From NCBI GenBank assembly GCA_044226015.1, contig JBGAHS010000006.1, forward strand, positions 544,001 through 608,000: a stretch of 64,000 nucleotides of DNA, read 5' to 3'. Of the stretch, positions 1 to 10,060 are shown one piece after another. The translations under genes were made by a program, and so were the position numbers. The stretch is from Candidatus Obscuribacteraceae bacterium. Lineage in GTDB: Bacteria > Cyanobacteriota > Vampirovibrionia > Obscuribacterales > Obscuribacteraceae. How positions within the stretch are numbered: position 1 is the stretch's first letter; each line of letters begins with the position of its first letter. The notes beneath the pieces are model-generated. The model was not told the origin of the DNA and made no database searches. It was given only the letters and a program-made list of their open reading frames with translations.

Positions 1-1579
1 GGTCTTCAGACGTTCCAGCAGGAGGTTGTGTCCAATTGCTTACGCTTTGCGCAGCATTCAATGCAGCTCTATCCAATTTAGGGTCACCCGATGATTGGAC
101 AATATGCTGATTCACTACACGTCCATTGGTGGTGACTTTAAAGCCTATCATCACAGGCTTAACACCTTCCTGCACAGGCGGGCGCCAGGAAGCATACACA
201 GATTTCTTGATTGATTGAAGGTACGCCTGCAAATCAGTTTCATATCTAAAGTCGTTGAGAGACTCTTCAGAAGCCACAGAAGGACGGCTGTTAACTTCAA
301 CAGAGACAAATGTCCCGTTGCTCTCATTCGAGACTTTCACTTGCAGATAGGTTTGATTTTCCTTGTTCTTTGGTGGTACCACATGAGGCATTTTCTGGAG
401 AGCATTGGTCAGAGAATTTGCAAGTTCAGTTTGAGGTGCGCTCTGAAGCGAGACTGGTGTTCCGTTTTTATCGAGCATAAAACTTGCTACAGCCATACCC
501 TGACCTTGCAATGGGTTCTCGTTCACATACTTCCTGATATTGCTCGACAAATCAGACCACAGCAGTCTCATACCAGCATCTTCCGAGATAGTCGAATCTA
601 TAAATCCCAGCATTTGTGGAGCGTTGGATTGTTTATTGTCAGATGAAGCTGCAGTCTCAACGTTGGGAGGAGAGACCTGTGGATTTAGCACAGGAAGCTG
701 CGCAATAAGCTTTGGCTTGGTGATTGAGTCCGACTCGAATTTAATTTCAGTTGATGGAGAATCAGTAATCTTAGTTGTTTCGGACTTTTCAGGCGTGGTC
801 TCTGCAGTGTCAGGCACAGCGCCGTCACTCTTAACCTCGACAGCACGCTCTGGACTATCGTTTTTGATTTCCTGACTTGCAAGAGCCGCCGACTCTGTTG
901 CAGCAATATTCATGCTCGGCGAATCAGTCTCCGAGGATGCCGTCATTTGAGCACTCTTCAATGATGGTTGAATTTCATTGTTTTTTGGCTTCTCTGGACC
1001 ATGAGCATCATTGTCCGTATCAGATTCCTTACCGCTCTTCTGATTTTGCAATATTAAAGAATCATCTGGAGTTACAAGCTCAAAATCCAGAGTGATTTGT
1101 GGATGGTCTTCTATCGCCAGTTCTGGCTTAACGTTCAAAATAATAGTAAAACCGAGGGCGAAAATCGCCAACATGTGAAGGAAATAGGAGACACAGGTGC
1201 TGATTGAAAGTGAAACCAAAACACCACGCAAAACTCGGAATGATATGGATGTCGTGTTGCTCAGCGCGTCCTTGTAGGCATCGTACATAGAGAAGAAGAC
1301 ATATCCGAGCAGCATAGATTGGACAAGGAAAAACGGAAATGTGCCCGGGCGCCAGGTGCTCAAATGACCCATCAATACATCTGTCGCGTAATTGTGAACA
1401 GGCAACTGCACGCCCAAAATGCTAGCGAGGAGTGCCAGATTCGCTATGTCTACCAGAAAAAACGCTATAGCCTTGTCCAGTCGCCGATTATAGAGTTGCC
1501 CCAAGCCGGGAAGAATCGATAGGGAAGCAGCTCTGAGCGCATGCTGGTTGTATTTTGAAAGGTCGGCAAAAGCAATCAT
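1..1579 (-). CDS. TonB C-terminal-domain membrane protein (3' end runs off window)
   Basis: Hand-translated, absent from ORF track. ATG 1579; N-terminal TM region with SILPGLGQLYN motif; acidic S/T/P linker; C-terminal YLQSIKKSVYASWRPP...FKVTTNGRV...QSSGDPKLDRAALNA typical of TonB_C. Confidence 0.8.
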   Translation of the reverse strand, partial: MIAFADLSKYNQHALRAASLSILPGLGQLYNRRLDKAIAFFLVDIANLALLASILGVQLPVHNYATDVLMGHLSTWRPGTFPFFLVQSMLLGYVFFSMYDAYKDALSNTTSISFRVLRGVLVSLSISTCVSYFLHMLAIFALGFTIILNVKPELAIEDHPQITLDFELVTPDDSLILQNQKSGKESDTDNDAHGPEKPKNNEIQPSLKSAQMTASSETDSPSMNIAATESAALASQEIKNDSPERAVEVKSDGAVPDTAETTPEKSETTKITDSPSTEIKFESDSITKPKLIAQLPVLNPQVSPPNVETAASSDNKQSNAPQMLGFIDSTISEDAGMRLLWSDLSSNIRKYVNENPLQGQGMAVASFMLDKNGTPVSLQSAPQTELANSLTNALQKMPHVVPPKNKENQTYLQVKVSNESNGTFVSVEVNSRPSVASEESLNDFRYETDLQAYLQSIKKSVYASWRPPVQEGVKPVMIGFKVTTNGRVVNQHIVQSSGDPKLDRAALNAAQSVSNWTQPPAGTSED

Positions 1580-1882
1580 AGTGAAACTCGCAGGTAAAGT
1601 AACAGCTATTTCAGCCTGGCGTTGGGGTGAAGGGGGCGATAAGTACAGATTAGTAGAGTTAATCTTCCTGCGCCATAGTGTAATCCCTGTACTCCGTCTA
1701 CCCTCATTCATGTAGTAGGAATTCGTTCCTTTATATGTCTTCTGCTGCACATGGAAGCATTCGCTCCAGCCTGAACAATTTCACTGAATTAAAACTGCGA
1801 GGTGGCCCACTAACATTGCGACACAGAACGCCCCAGTGTCCTCTGTCCTTGGTTATGATGGATTTTAGACAGTAGGTACCAA

Positions 1883-2980
1883 ATGAAGAACAGCTCAAAC
1901 TTAGTCTTATTGCTGTCGGGTTGCCTAACACTGGCAGCAAGTGCGTCTAGCGCGGAAGATTACATTCAAGGAAAAGCTTCCAAAACAGGAGCGAATGACA
2001 AACTCGAGCGTCCAGCCATCCGTTCAACAGCATTAAAGCAAGATTCTCAAAGCGCCGTGAAATCGTCGGGCAAAATCAGTGCGAATGATTGGAATGAGTC
2101 TTTCAGAAGCGGGATTGGCTCACTGACACCTGCTAAGCCTGATTCAGCCACGAAGGACAAAGCTCTTCAAACCGACGCTAGTTTCACCTCGAACGCGGCG
2201 ACGAGCAAACCGGCATCGAGCCGACTCTTCAATACAGAGTTATTTGAATCGGATAAAAAACAGAAAAAGAATGCAAGGCTTTCAATAAATTTGTCTTCTG
2301 AAGAAATCAAAATGCTAGAGAACTACGAAATCACGGTTTTGATTGATTGTTCTGGTTCAATGCAAATGGAAGATTGTGAATCTACTGAGTGGACACGCTC
2401 AGAGATTTCTCGATGGGATTGGTGCAAGGAAGAGACAGCCGTTCTGTCGCGAACTCTAACAAGCGCTCTTCCAGGTATCAACATCATCACTTTTTCTGAC
2501 AACACACAATGGTACAGAAATGTACCGACCAAAGAAATAAATCGCATATTCGACTACAACAGACCAACAGGTGCAACTGCTCTACATCTGGCTTTGGATG
2601 ATGCAATACGAAATTATGAATCGAACGGTTCATTCTTGAGCAAGAAGAAAAAACTACTCATTGCGGTAATTACAGATGGCATGCCAGATGACCCGTGGAG
2701 AGTTTCTCATGTAATCGATAACATTTCAAAAGAGAAGAATATGTCATTAGTATTTTTCCTCATTGGCTCAGATTACCCTGGCATTGGCTTTATTGATAGA
2801 ATGCGAGCCGCCCATCCCGAATCGGTGCAAGTTCATTTTTACGATGAAGTATGCCGATCTGGATTGGCACCAATACTGGTGCAATCGATTCGCTCCGCGA
2901 ATCTCACTCAAGCCACCACCGCAGAAAAGCCTTCTCCGAAAAAGGAAACCTTGAAACCGGTGGCGAGGCCATTCAGGTAA
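1883..2980 (+). CDS. Secreted von Willebrand factor A domain protein
   Basis: Signal peptide; MIDAS DCSGS, conserved T (GATAL) and VITDG motif. Confidence 0.8.
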   Translation: MKNSSNLVLLLSGCLTLAASASSAEDYIQGKASKTGANDKLERPAIRSTALKQDSQSAVKSSGKISANDWNESFRSGIGSLTPAKPDSATKDKALQTDASFTSNAATSKPASSRLFNTELFESDKKQKKNARLSINLSSEEIKMLENYEITVLIDCSGSMQMEDCESTEWTRSEISRWDWCKEETAVLSRTLTSALPGINIITFSDNTQWYRNVPTKEINRIFDYNRPTGATALHLALDDAIRNYESNGSFLSKKKKLLIAVITDGMPDDPWRVSHVIDNISKEKNMSLVFFLIGSDYPGIGFIDRMRAAHPESVQVHFYDEVCRSGLAPILVQSIRSANLTQATTAEKPSPKKETLKPVARPFR

Positions 2981-3012
2981 AGGGCTGCTGTAAAGCGAGC
3001 GGCTTAGGAAAT

Positions 3013-3087
3013 TGGGGGACAGGACGGGAATCGAACCCGCATTTTCGGCACCACAAACCAATGTCTTGCCATTAGACCACCTATCCC
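3013..3087 (-). tRNA. tRNA-His(GUG), encoded G-1, C73 and CCA
   Basis: Cloverleaf: GGATAGG/CCTGTCC acceptor, loop TTGTGGT, GGTTCGATTCC T-arm. Confidence 0.92.
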
Positions 3088-3088
3088 A

Positions 3089-3165
3089 TGGCGGTGCTGA
3101 GGGGAGTTGAACCCCCGATCTTCGCGCTGACAACGCGATGTCCTGAACCACTAGACGACAGCACC
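3089..3165 (-). tRNA. tRNA-Asp(GUC), encoded CCA
   Basis: GGTGCTG/CAGCACC acceptor, TCGCG-TTGTCAG-CGCGA anticodon arm, GGTTCAACTCC T-arm. Confidence 0.92.
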
Positions 3166-3259
3166 ATTCAAGTTCGAACAGTGAAATTGTAAATCTGTCC
3201 GAAATCAATGAAACTCTCTTGCTTAGCTGCACAAGCAGAGCCAGCAAGAAAACAAAAAA

Positions 3260-3332
3260 CAGGGTTAACGGGATTTGAACCCGTTTTTTCAAGTTGAAAG
3301 CCTGATGTCCTAACCGAGTAGACGATAACCCC
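3260..3332 (-). tRNA. tRNA-Glu(UUC), no encoded CCA
   Basis: GGGGTTA/TAACCCT acceptor, TCAGG-CTTTCAA-CTTGA anticodon arm, GGTTCAAATCC T-arm. Confidence 0.88.
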
Positions 3333-3561
3333 GCAAAGCCGGAGTTATTAATCAATCCAGCTTTAGCAACAATTCTCGCGTTCTTCCAAATGTTCATGTT
3401 CTTCAAGTCCAAAAGATGAGTACGTGACAGCAAGCAGGTTCTCGACCTGCACTCTATCTTGCTCATCATGATGGATTTGGAAAAACACGACTAAAACTCC
3501 GAGTTACTTTCTGAACGACGACCGCTCAGACAAAACGTTCCTATCCGAAACTTCTTTTTCG

Positions 3562-3590
3562 ATAATAAACGAGCAAGAATATTTTCGCAA
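3562..3590 (-). promoter_or_regulatory. Putative sigma70 promoter for the tRNA cluster
   Basis: Minus strand TTGCGA-17nt-TATTAT with AT-rich upstream tract. Confidence 0.55.
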
Positions 3591-3758
3591 GACATTTGCA
3601 AAAAAATATTTCGCCAGCTTATGCAGGTGCACCTCGGTACCTGATACCCAGCCACGGGTCCTTTGTGCCTCCGGGGAAACCGACTGGCTACTCTTGCGCC
3701 CAGTCGAGTCTAGATTACCCGCCTTCCCTATTCGCGCCGTATCCGTCATCACGCAAAA

Positions 3759-5078
3759 TCAGTTTGAGACACCCGTGCGCGAAGCGTACCACTTGTACTC
3801 GCTTGCGCCTCGTTCCAGCGACTCGCGAAAGTCAGGATGGGCAATTTCAATCAGAGCCTTCACCCTGTCTTTCATGTTTTTACCATGAAGATTGGCAATA
3901 CCATATTCGGTGACAACGTAATAGACATCAGCTCTCGAAGTGACAACGCCAGCACCTGGTGAAAGCATCGGCACTATTCTTGAAACAGTTCCTTTTGCAG
4001 CGGTTGACTCCAGCGCAAGAATTGCCTTTCCTTCAGGCGCATGACTTGAACCACGAAAAAAATCAACCTGTCCACCACAACCACTGTACATCGCAGTACC
4101 TAGTGAGTCAGCACAAACCTGTCCTGTCAGATCGACCTGCAATGCTGCGTTTATCGAGGTCATTCGATAATTTTGTGCAATCACAAAGGGATCATTGACC
4201 CACTCAGAGTCTCGAAACTCAACATTGGAATTTTCGTGAACAAATCGATAGAGTTTTTCAGATCCCATTACGAAACTAGTCGTAATTTTGCCGGGAGAAA
4301 CACTTCTTCTAGCATTGGTCAGAGCACCAGACTCCACAAGATTAACCACTGCGTCAGAAAATAATTCTGTGTGAACCCCGAGGTCTTTCTTATCGGTCAG
4401 ACATTCCAGTACCGCATTCGGTATCGCCCCGATGCCCATCTGCAAAGTTGCCCCATCTTCAACAAGTGATGCAACGTTTTTTGCAATTTGCCGCGCCGTA
4501 TCAGTTGTTTCCTCAATGTGCAGGTTTGGCAGTGGATAATCAGTTTCCACAAAGCGCTCAATCTCACTAATGTGCACCCTGGTATTGCCATTAGTGCGCG
4601 GCATTTGTTTATTAACTTCAGCGATGATGTGCCTGGCATTTTTCATTGCCGGTCTTGTGAAGTCGAGAGATACGCCCAATGTCACGTATCCATCAGCATC
4701 TGGTTCAGATACCGACAACAGACAAACATCAACCTTCAATATAGCTTTAGCAAAAAGACGTGAAAGGTCGCTAAAAAATACAGGCGTATAATCAGCTCGT
4801 CCTTGATTCACAGCTTTTCTAACATTGGGTCCGATGAACATTGCATGCACATAAAATGACCCTTCACACTCCGGCTCAGCATAAGGCGCTTCACCAAGAG
4901 TGATGATTTTGTAGATGCGCACATCTTGAAGCTCTTTTCTGCGATTGGTCATCGAGCGAATCAGATGTTGCGGCGCTGCAGCATTTGAATGAATGTAGAC
5001 CCCGTCGCCAGAATTGATGCAACGCACCGCATCGTCAGCGCTACAGAGTTTACTCTTATATTCGTTGACCCAGCTCAC
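3759..5078 (-). CDS. Acetyl-CoA hydrolase/transferase (4-hydroxybutyrate CoA-transferase-like)
   Basis: LQMGIGAIP, GVHTE, SGCGGQVDF, VVTEYG motifs. Confidence 0.9.
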   Translation of the reverse strand: MSWVNEYKSKLCSADDAVRCINSGDGVYIHSNAAAPQHLIRSMTNRRKELQDVRIYKIITLGEAPYAEPECEGSFYVHAMFIGPNVRKAVNQGRADYTPVFFSDLSRLFAKAILKVDVCLLSVSEPDADGYVTLGVSLDFTRPAMKNARHIIAEVNKQMPRTNGNTRVHISEIERFVETDYPLPNLHIEETTDTARQIAKNVASLVEDGATLQMGIGAIPNAVLECLTDKKDLGVHTELFSDAVVNLVESGALTNARRSVSPGKITTSFVMGSEKLYRFVHENSNVEFRDSEWVNDPFVIAQNYRMTSINAALQVDLTGQVCADSLGTAMYSGCGGQVDFFRGSSHAPEGKAILALESTAAKGTVSRIVPMLSPGAGVVTSRADVYYVVTEYGIANLHGKNMKDRVKALIEIAHPDFRESLERGASEYKWYASRTGVSN

Positions 5079-5080
5079 TT

Positions 5081-6043
5081 CTACTTGTTCTGCTTGGAAG
5101 ATACCGCGGCTTCTTCTTTAGGAAGTTCGACACCGGTTTCTTCCATCCACAGCAATACAGCGGGATGATTTAGATAACGAATAACAGTGTCTGGAGTGGT
5201 ACCAAATGGAGTTCTACGAATACCAGCCATTTCGCTAACCGGCACAACCAGAAGCGTCTCTGAATCTTCTTCCGCGTCTATCTGCCAGTAACTGTTCAAG
5301 TTTCCGGTTTTGCGCACATCGACTTTGAGATTTTTGATAGCAGGAATCAATTTGCTCATATCGTCTATGATATGTTTGGCTTCACTGCAGGTTTCCAGGC
5401 TAGGTTTTTCGACTTCGCCGTTCTTCTGATTATCATTGATAAGAATCAAGCGAATCTCTGTCTCAATCTGCACTCGTTTTGCAAAGTCGAGGCATGATTG
5501 CAATAAGGTTGAGGGAACGCTCAACGACGAAAGAACGATTCTCATTTTAGACCACGCTTCGCAGCGATCTTGAATTACCAGAAGCGGTCGTGGAGAGTAG
5601 TATGTGAGACTTTCCGCTATAGAGCGACGTGGCAATCTTCTCTTATCTTCATCGGGAGAGCCCATTCCAGTGCTTCTCTGACCGATTGCTACCAGCATAT
5701 GATCTTTTGCTCTCCAGCAAATCTCGCGAATGGTAGTTCCTTCATCGAGCATTGTGCTGCCGGTAATTTCATGACCAGCTGCCTGCCCTTCATAAGCCTC
5801 AGTGAGTGATTCTCCAATCGAATTCAAACAACTGAGCATCAGCTCATGTGCCTCAAAGAATGGCTCACTGCCGATAAAACCAGCGATATCAAAATTCAGA
5901 AAATCCCAGGCGGCGAGCGAGTCTACAACATGTTGCGCATTGACAGTTAGTCCATTTGCTTTCGCAACTGCCCAGCAAACTTCCGCAGCGTACCTGCATT
6001 GTGCGGAACCATCAAGTGACAAAAGAATTGACTCGGAAGACAT
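5081..6043 (-). CDS. Universal stress protein family
   Basis: ILLSLDGS N-terminus; SIAESL...PRPLLVI; second degenerate USP-like half. Confidence 0.7.
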   Translation of the reverse strand: MSSESILLSLDGSAQCRYAAEVCWAVAKANGLTVNAQHVVDSLAAWDFLNFDIAGFIGSEPFFEAHELMLSCLNSIGESLTEAYEGQAAGHEITGSTMLDEGTTIREICWRAKDHMLVAIGQRSTGMGSPDEDKRRLPRRSIAESLTYYSPRPLLVIQDRCEAWSKMRIVLSSLSVPSTLLQSCLDFAKRVQIETEIRLILINDNQKNGEVEKPSLETCSEAKHIIDDMSKLIPAIKNLKVDVRKTGNLNSYWQIDAEEDSETLLVVPVSEMAGIRRTPFGTTPDTVIRYLNHPAVLLWMEETGVELPKEEAAVSSKQNK

Positions 6044-6127
6044 CCTGACCTCTCAAAGCTGGGACCCGAAGGGACTAGATCTTACCACCATCAGAGCCTG
6101 CGGGGTTTAGAGCGCCTAAATCTAAGT

Positions 6128-6188
6128 AAACAAAGAGGGCTAATTTGAAGATTTTGCAACCAATATTGCAAGTCTTCAAATCGCCCTC
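6128..6188 (-). terminator. Long-hairpin terminator of dps
   Basis: GAGGGC..ATTTGAAGA..TTGCAA / TTGCAA..TCTTCAAAT..GCCCTC, followed by TTTGTTT on minus strand. Confidence 0.65.
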
Positions 6189-6207
6189 GTTACGCTTTAC
6201 TGCCGAA

Positions 6208-6732
6208 TTAAGCTTCAGCTTGTAAATGCGCTTCTAAGAACCACAAGCGCTTGTCAGCAAGTCTTGAGATTTCGGTATAGAGATCAGCGCTGTCTTTGTC
6301 GCCCAACTCGTCAGTCTTATCGATGTTTTCTCTTACAGATTGGCAATAGGCAGCGAAACGCTCAGCTAGAGCAGCTATGTGATCTAGCCCTTCGAGAATA
6401 TCCGATGGATACTCTTCGAGCTTTGTGCTCTCGGCAGCCATACGGACTGTTCCCATCGCAGTTCCACCAAGGGCGGTGATTCTCTCTGCAATTTCATCAA
6501 CAAACTCCAGCATTTCTCCAGCAATTTCGTCGAAAAGCAAATGGAGCTGATAGAACTGGTGCCCTTTCACATTCCAATGAGCTTGCTTGATTTGCGAGAA
6601 CAAATCAAATGTGTCAGCAAGACTCTGGTTGAGAATTTCGATGATCTGGGTTCTAGCTTTGCCTGGCAAATCAATTCTAGTGTGGTGGAGAGCGGCTGAT
6701 TTGGCTGGCTTTTTGGAAAGGGTTTTCGTCAT
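6208..6732 (-). CDS. dps: DNA starvation/stationary phase protection protein Dps
   Basis: KQAHWNVKG, LHLLFDE, VDEIAER, LWFLEAH; ATG at 6732 preferred. Confidence 0.95.
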   Translation of the reverse strand: MTKTLSKKPAKSAALHHTRIDLPGKARTQIIEILNQSLADTFDLFSQIKQAHWNVKGHQFYQLHLLFDEIAGEMLEFVDEIAERITALGGTAMGTVRMAAESTKLEEYPSDILEGLDHIAALAERFAAYCQSVRENIDKTDELGDKDSADLYTEISRLADKRLWFLEAHLQAEA

Positions 6733-6884
6733 GTTTTTTTTTTGATCCTGCAACGGTTGGATTTCCTATGTATATCGTCACCCCAAAACGACATTCCATG
6801 CGATAACTTTCGGAATATTTTGCATTCTCAAACGCAAAATGCGCCAAGCCTGGGCTCAGCGCATAACACTACGAATGAAGAGAA

Positions 6885-7223
6885 CTAAGGATTTTGCTTC
6901 TTGACGTCGGTCCAAAGAGACGACTCATCGTATTCATGTGATTCAGGCGCATCTGGCGAAGCGCCCGCAGTCGCCTTGGCAGACTTTAACCCAGGGTCTA
7001 TTTCATACAGACCGTAAAGTGGGTCAATCGTTGTCTTCATACTCGTCAAAATGGCGCTAACCTCAGTATGAATGAGGTTCATCGCGGTTTTAGCCTGTGG
7101 TGTTGAAGCATGCTGGTTGATATCGTCTGCAAGCCTGATCAGGCGCTCTGTCTCAACAACTAACCTGGTAAGCAGTTGCAGAACTGATATATCCCTTGTA
7201 CGGCCCAGACTGTCAGTGCTCAT
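6885..7223 (-). CDS. Hypothetical protein
   Basis: ATG with GGAGG RBS; helical 112-aa ORF. Confidence 0.65.
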   Translation of the reverse strand: MSTDSLGRTRDISVLQLLTRLVVETERLIRLADDINQHASTPQAKTAMNLIHTEVSAILTSMKTTIDPLYGLYEIDPGLKSAKATAGASPDAPESHEYDESSLWTDVKKQNP

Positions 7224-7411
7224 CAGATCCCTCCGCCTTAGGCTTCTTCTTACCGTTGACTTCTACCTTGTAAAAAGAAATTATGGACTAAATATTCCCA
7301 TTTTGGCTAGATGTCTATAGTCAAGTCCATATTCCTCGGTACGGCTTGTTACAATCCACTGTAGACAAAGCCGCGCATGCCCGCGCTGCTGTCACCGAGG
7401 TGCGTGGAATC

Positions 7412-8374
7412 GTGAAGTTGCTGGACGTTCAGAATCTCTCCGTTATCTTTGAAACAGAGTCTGGAACAGCGCAAGCAGTTGATGATCTAAGCTTCTCGAT
7501 CGAACGAGGAAAAGTTCTTGGCATTGTCGGAGAATCAGGCTGCGGCAAATCAGTTACCACAATGTCCGTTCTGCGACTGATTAGCAGCCCAGGAAGAGTC
7601 AAGAGCGGAAAAATTATTTTCGACGGACAGGATTTGCTGTCATTAAATGAAAAACAGATGCAGCAAATTCGAGGCAACAAAATCGCCCTTGTGCCGCAAG
7701 ACCCAATGACATCACTAAATCCGGTTTACACGATTGGGCATCAAATTATGGAAACAATTTCGCTTCACCAGAAGGTGGGAAAACAAGAAGCGAAGAAGCG
7801 CGCCATTGAGGTTCTCGAAAAGGTCAGGATTCCTTCTGCTAAAACTCGAGTAGACAACTATCCCCACGAATTTTCTGGAGGAATGAGACAGCGCGTGATG
7901 ATCGCAATGGCGCTTTCCTGTGAGCCACAGCTTTTAATCGCAGACGAGCCCACCACGGCGCTGGATGTAACTGTTCAAGCTCAAATTCTCGACTTGATGA
8001 AAGAAATTCAAAAGGCGCAAGGAATGGCGATCATGATGATTACCCATGACCTGGGTGTTGTCGCAGAAATGTGCCATGACGTAGTTGTTATGTACGCAGG
8101 CTCAGCAGTCGAAACTGCAACAGTGCAAGACCTGTTCAGAAGCCCCAAGCACCCTTACACAGTCGGGTTGATGCAATCAATTCCAAAAACAGAATCGACA
8201 AGGTTGACCCCCATTGATGGGCAGCCACCAAGTCTGATCAATTTGCCTCAAGCATGTCGATTTGCTCCTCGCTGCCCGCTGCAGCAAGAGCAATGCTTGA
8301 ACGGTGTACCAAAGCTCGAAGAAAAAGAACCGGGCAGATTTGCCCGTTGTGTATTAGTGGAGGCCAAAGTATGA
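7412..8374 (+). CDS. Oligopeptide/dipeptide ABC transporter ATP-binding subunit (OppD/DppD)
   Basis: GESGCGKS, FSGGMRQR, LIADEPT, HPYT, C-terminal CRFAPRC cysteines. Confidence 0.93.
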   Translation: MKLLDVQNLSVIFETESGTAQAVDDLSFSIERGKVLGIVGESGCGKSVTTMSVLRLISSPGRVKSGKIIFDGQDLLSLNEKQMQQIRGNKIALVPQDPMTSLNPVYTIGHQIMETISLHQKVGKQEAKKRAIEVLEKVRIPSAKTRVDNYPHEFSGGMRQRVMIAMALSCEPQLLIADEPTTALDVTVQAQILDLMKEIQKAQGMAIMMITHDLGVVAEMCHDVVVMYAGSAVETATVQDLFRSPKHPYTVGLMQSIPKTESTRLTPIDGQPPSLINLPQACRFAPRCPLQQEQCLNGVPKLEEKEPGRFARCVLVEAKV

Positions 8375-10020
8375 ACACCATGAGGATATTGACGACAGCT
8401 CAAGTTCGGGCGCTGGAGGCTGCCTGGATAAAGAACTGTCATGAGAACTGGGGCATGGTACTCATGGAATTAGCTGGACTTGGCGCAAGCAAGATGCTCA
8501 TTGAACTAATGGAGGGAATGCCAGCTTCCGTTACTGTCATTTGCGGACGAGGAAACAATGGCGGTGATGGGCTTGTTGTAGCGAGACACTTATTAAGAGC
8601 AGGACTCGACGTAAGTGTATTTATTATTGGTTCACCATCTTCAGTGGCAACAGCCAGCAGCGAAACACAAACAAACAAATCCATTCTCGAAGGCTTAGGC
8701 TTAGAAATCGAATACGTCACAGATAACGATCTTGACCCGTTAAAGAATTCAATTCTTGAAACCAGTGCAATTGTTGATGCACTGCTCGGCACCGGTATTG
8801 ACCGACCAGTTGAAGGTTTGATGGCAGAAATTATCGACCTCATCAACGAAAGCGGGCGCCCAGTTATGAGTATGGACATACCATCTGGTATCAACTCAGA
8901 CACAGGTCAAATTATGGGAACTGCAGTTCGCGCTGCTGCAACAGCCACCATTGGCAGTGTCAAGCCTGGCTTGCTCTGTCACCCCGGTGCAGAGAATGCC
9001 GGAGAAATTCGAATCATAGACATTGGACTGCCAATGCCTGATTCACTTCCTGAAGAACTCAGTGATGCCCTGCCACAATTAGACATACCAAGATGGTGGC
9101 TTGCAACCGTGTTTGACGTTCAAGATAAACTTCCTCCACGTGCTGCTGATTCTCACAAAGGTAGTTTCGGACAGATTTTATTAGTCGCAGGTAGCCTCGG
9201 AATGACAGGCGCAGCAATGATGTCCGCTAAGTCGAGCTTGAAGAGCGGTGCGGGACTCGCAATTCTAGCTACATCCAAATCACTTCTTCCAAATCTTCCT
9301 GCAGAAGAAATCATCTATAGAGGTTGCGCCGAAACAAGCGACGGCACACTCTCGAAAGAAGCTATGAAAACACTCGAGCATGAAATGGAACGCGCCGAAG
9401 TCATGGTCATAGGGCCTGGCTTATCCTCAAATGAGGAGACAATCGAACTTATCCAAGAACTAATCAGAAAGGTGCGTGTACCTTGCGTTATCGACGCCGA
9501 TGGGCTAAACGCACTCTCGAAAAACCCGAAGGTACTCACGGAAGCTGAAGGTGGTTTTGTCTTTACTCCACACCCTAAGGAGCTTTCGCGCTTGATGGGC
9601 AAAACAGTCAAAGAGGTTCAATCTGACAGGATCAGATCAGCTCAAGAGGCGGCAAAACGATTTGGCGCTACCATTGTGTTGAAAGGCGCTCACACAGTCG
9701 TTGCAACTCCTGACGATGATGTGTTTATCATCCCAACAGGTAACTCAGGAATGGCCACCGCGGGTAGTGGTGACGTACTTTCAGGAGTGATCGCCGGTCT
9801 TCTTGCTCAAGGAATGAATAGAACATGGGCAGCTGTAGCTGGAGCATACATTCACGGTGCAGCCGGCGATATCGCTGCTGCTGAACTTGGCGAAGATGGC
9901 ATGGTGGCACCAGACATAATGAACTGTGTTCCCATCGTTATGAAAATGCTTCGAGAAGGCATTTATCCAGGAAGCGAACTCGAACAAGTTCTTGCAGGAA
10001 TCGCTTCGTCTGAAGAGTAG
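8371..10020 (+). CDS. nnr: Bifunctional NAD(P)HX epimerase/dehydratase
   Basis: CGRGNNGGDG, DIPSG, HKG, IDADG, TPHPKE, TAGSGDVL; ATGA overlap with upstream stop. Confidence 0.93.
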   Translation: MNTMRILTTAQVRALEAAWIKNCHENWGMVLMELAGLGASKMLIELMEGMPASVTVICGRGNNGGDGLVVARHLLRAGLDVSVFIIGSPSSVATASSETQTNKSILEGLGLEIEYVTDNDLDPLKNSILETSAIVDALLGTGIDRPVEGLMAEIIDLINESGRPVMSMDIPSGINSDTGQIMGTAVRAAATATIGSVKPGLLCHPGAENAGEIRIIDIGLPMPDSLPEELSDALPQLDIPRWWLATVFDVQDKLPPRAADSHKGSFGQILLVAGSLGMTGAAMMSAKSSLKSGAGLAILATSKSLLPNLPAEEIIYRGCAETSDGTLSKEAMKTLEHEMERAEVMVIGPGLSSNEETIELIQELIRKVRVPCVIDADGLNALSKNPKVLTEAEGGFVFTPHPKELSRLMGKTVKEVQSDRIRSAQEAAKRFGATIVLKGAHTVVATPDDDVFIIPTGNSGMATAGSGDVLSGVIAGLLAQGMNRTWAAVAGAYIHGAAGDIAAAELGEDGMVAPDIMNCVPIVMKMLREGIYPGSELEQVLAGIASSEE

Positions 10021-10060
10021 AATCTACTCAGCTGATTGAAATCTACATGGAGCAATAATT

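Noticed and set aside
1883..3013. Genomic island integrated at the tRNA-His 3' end
   Set aside because: No integrase and no duplicated tRNA 3' fragment seen in the window
2768..3469. 233-aa minus-strand ORF
   Set aside because: Runs through three tRNA genes and overlaps the VWA gene; spurious
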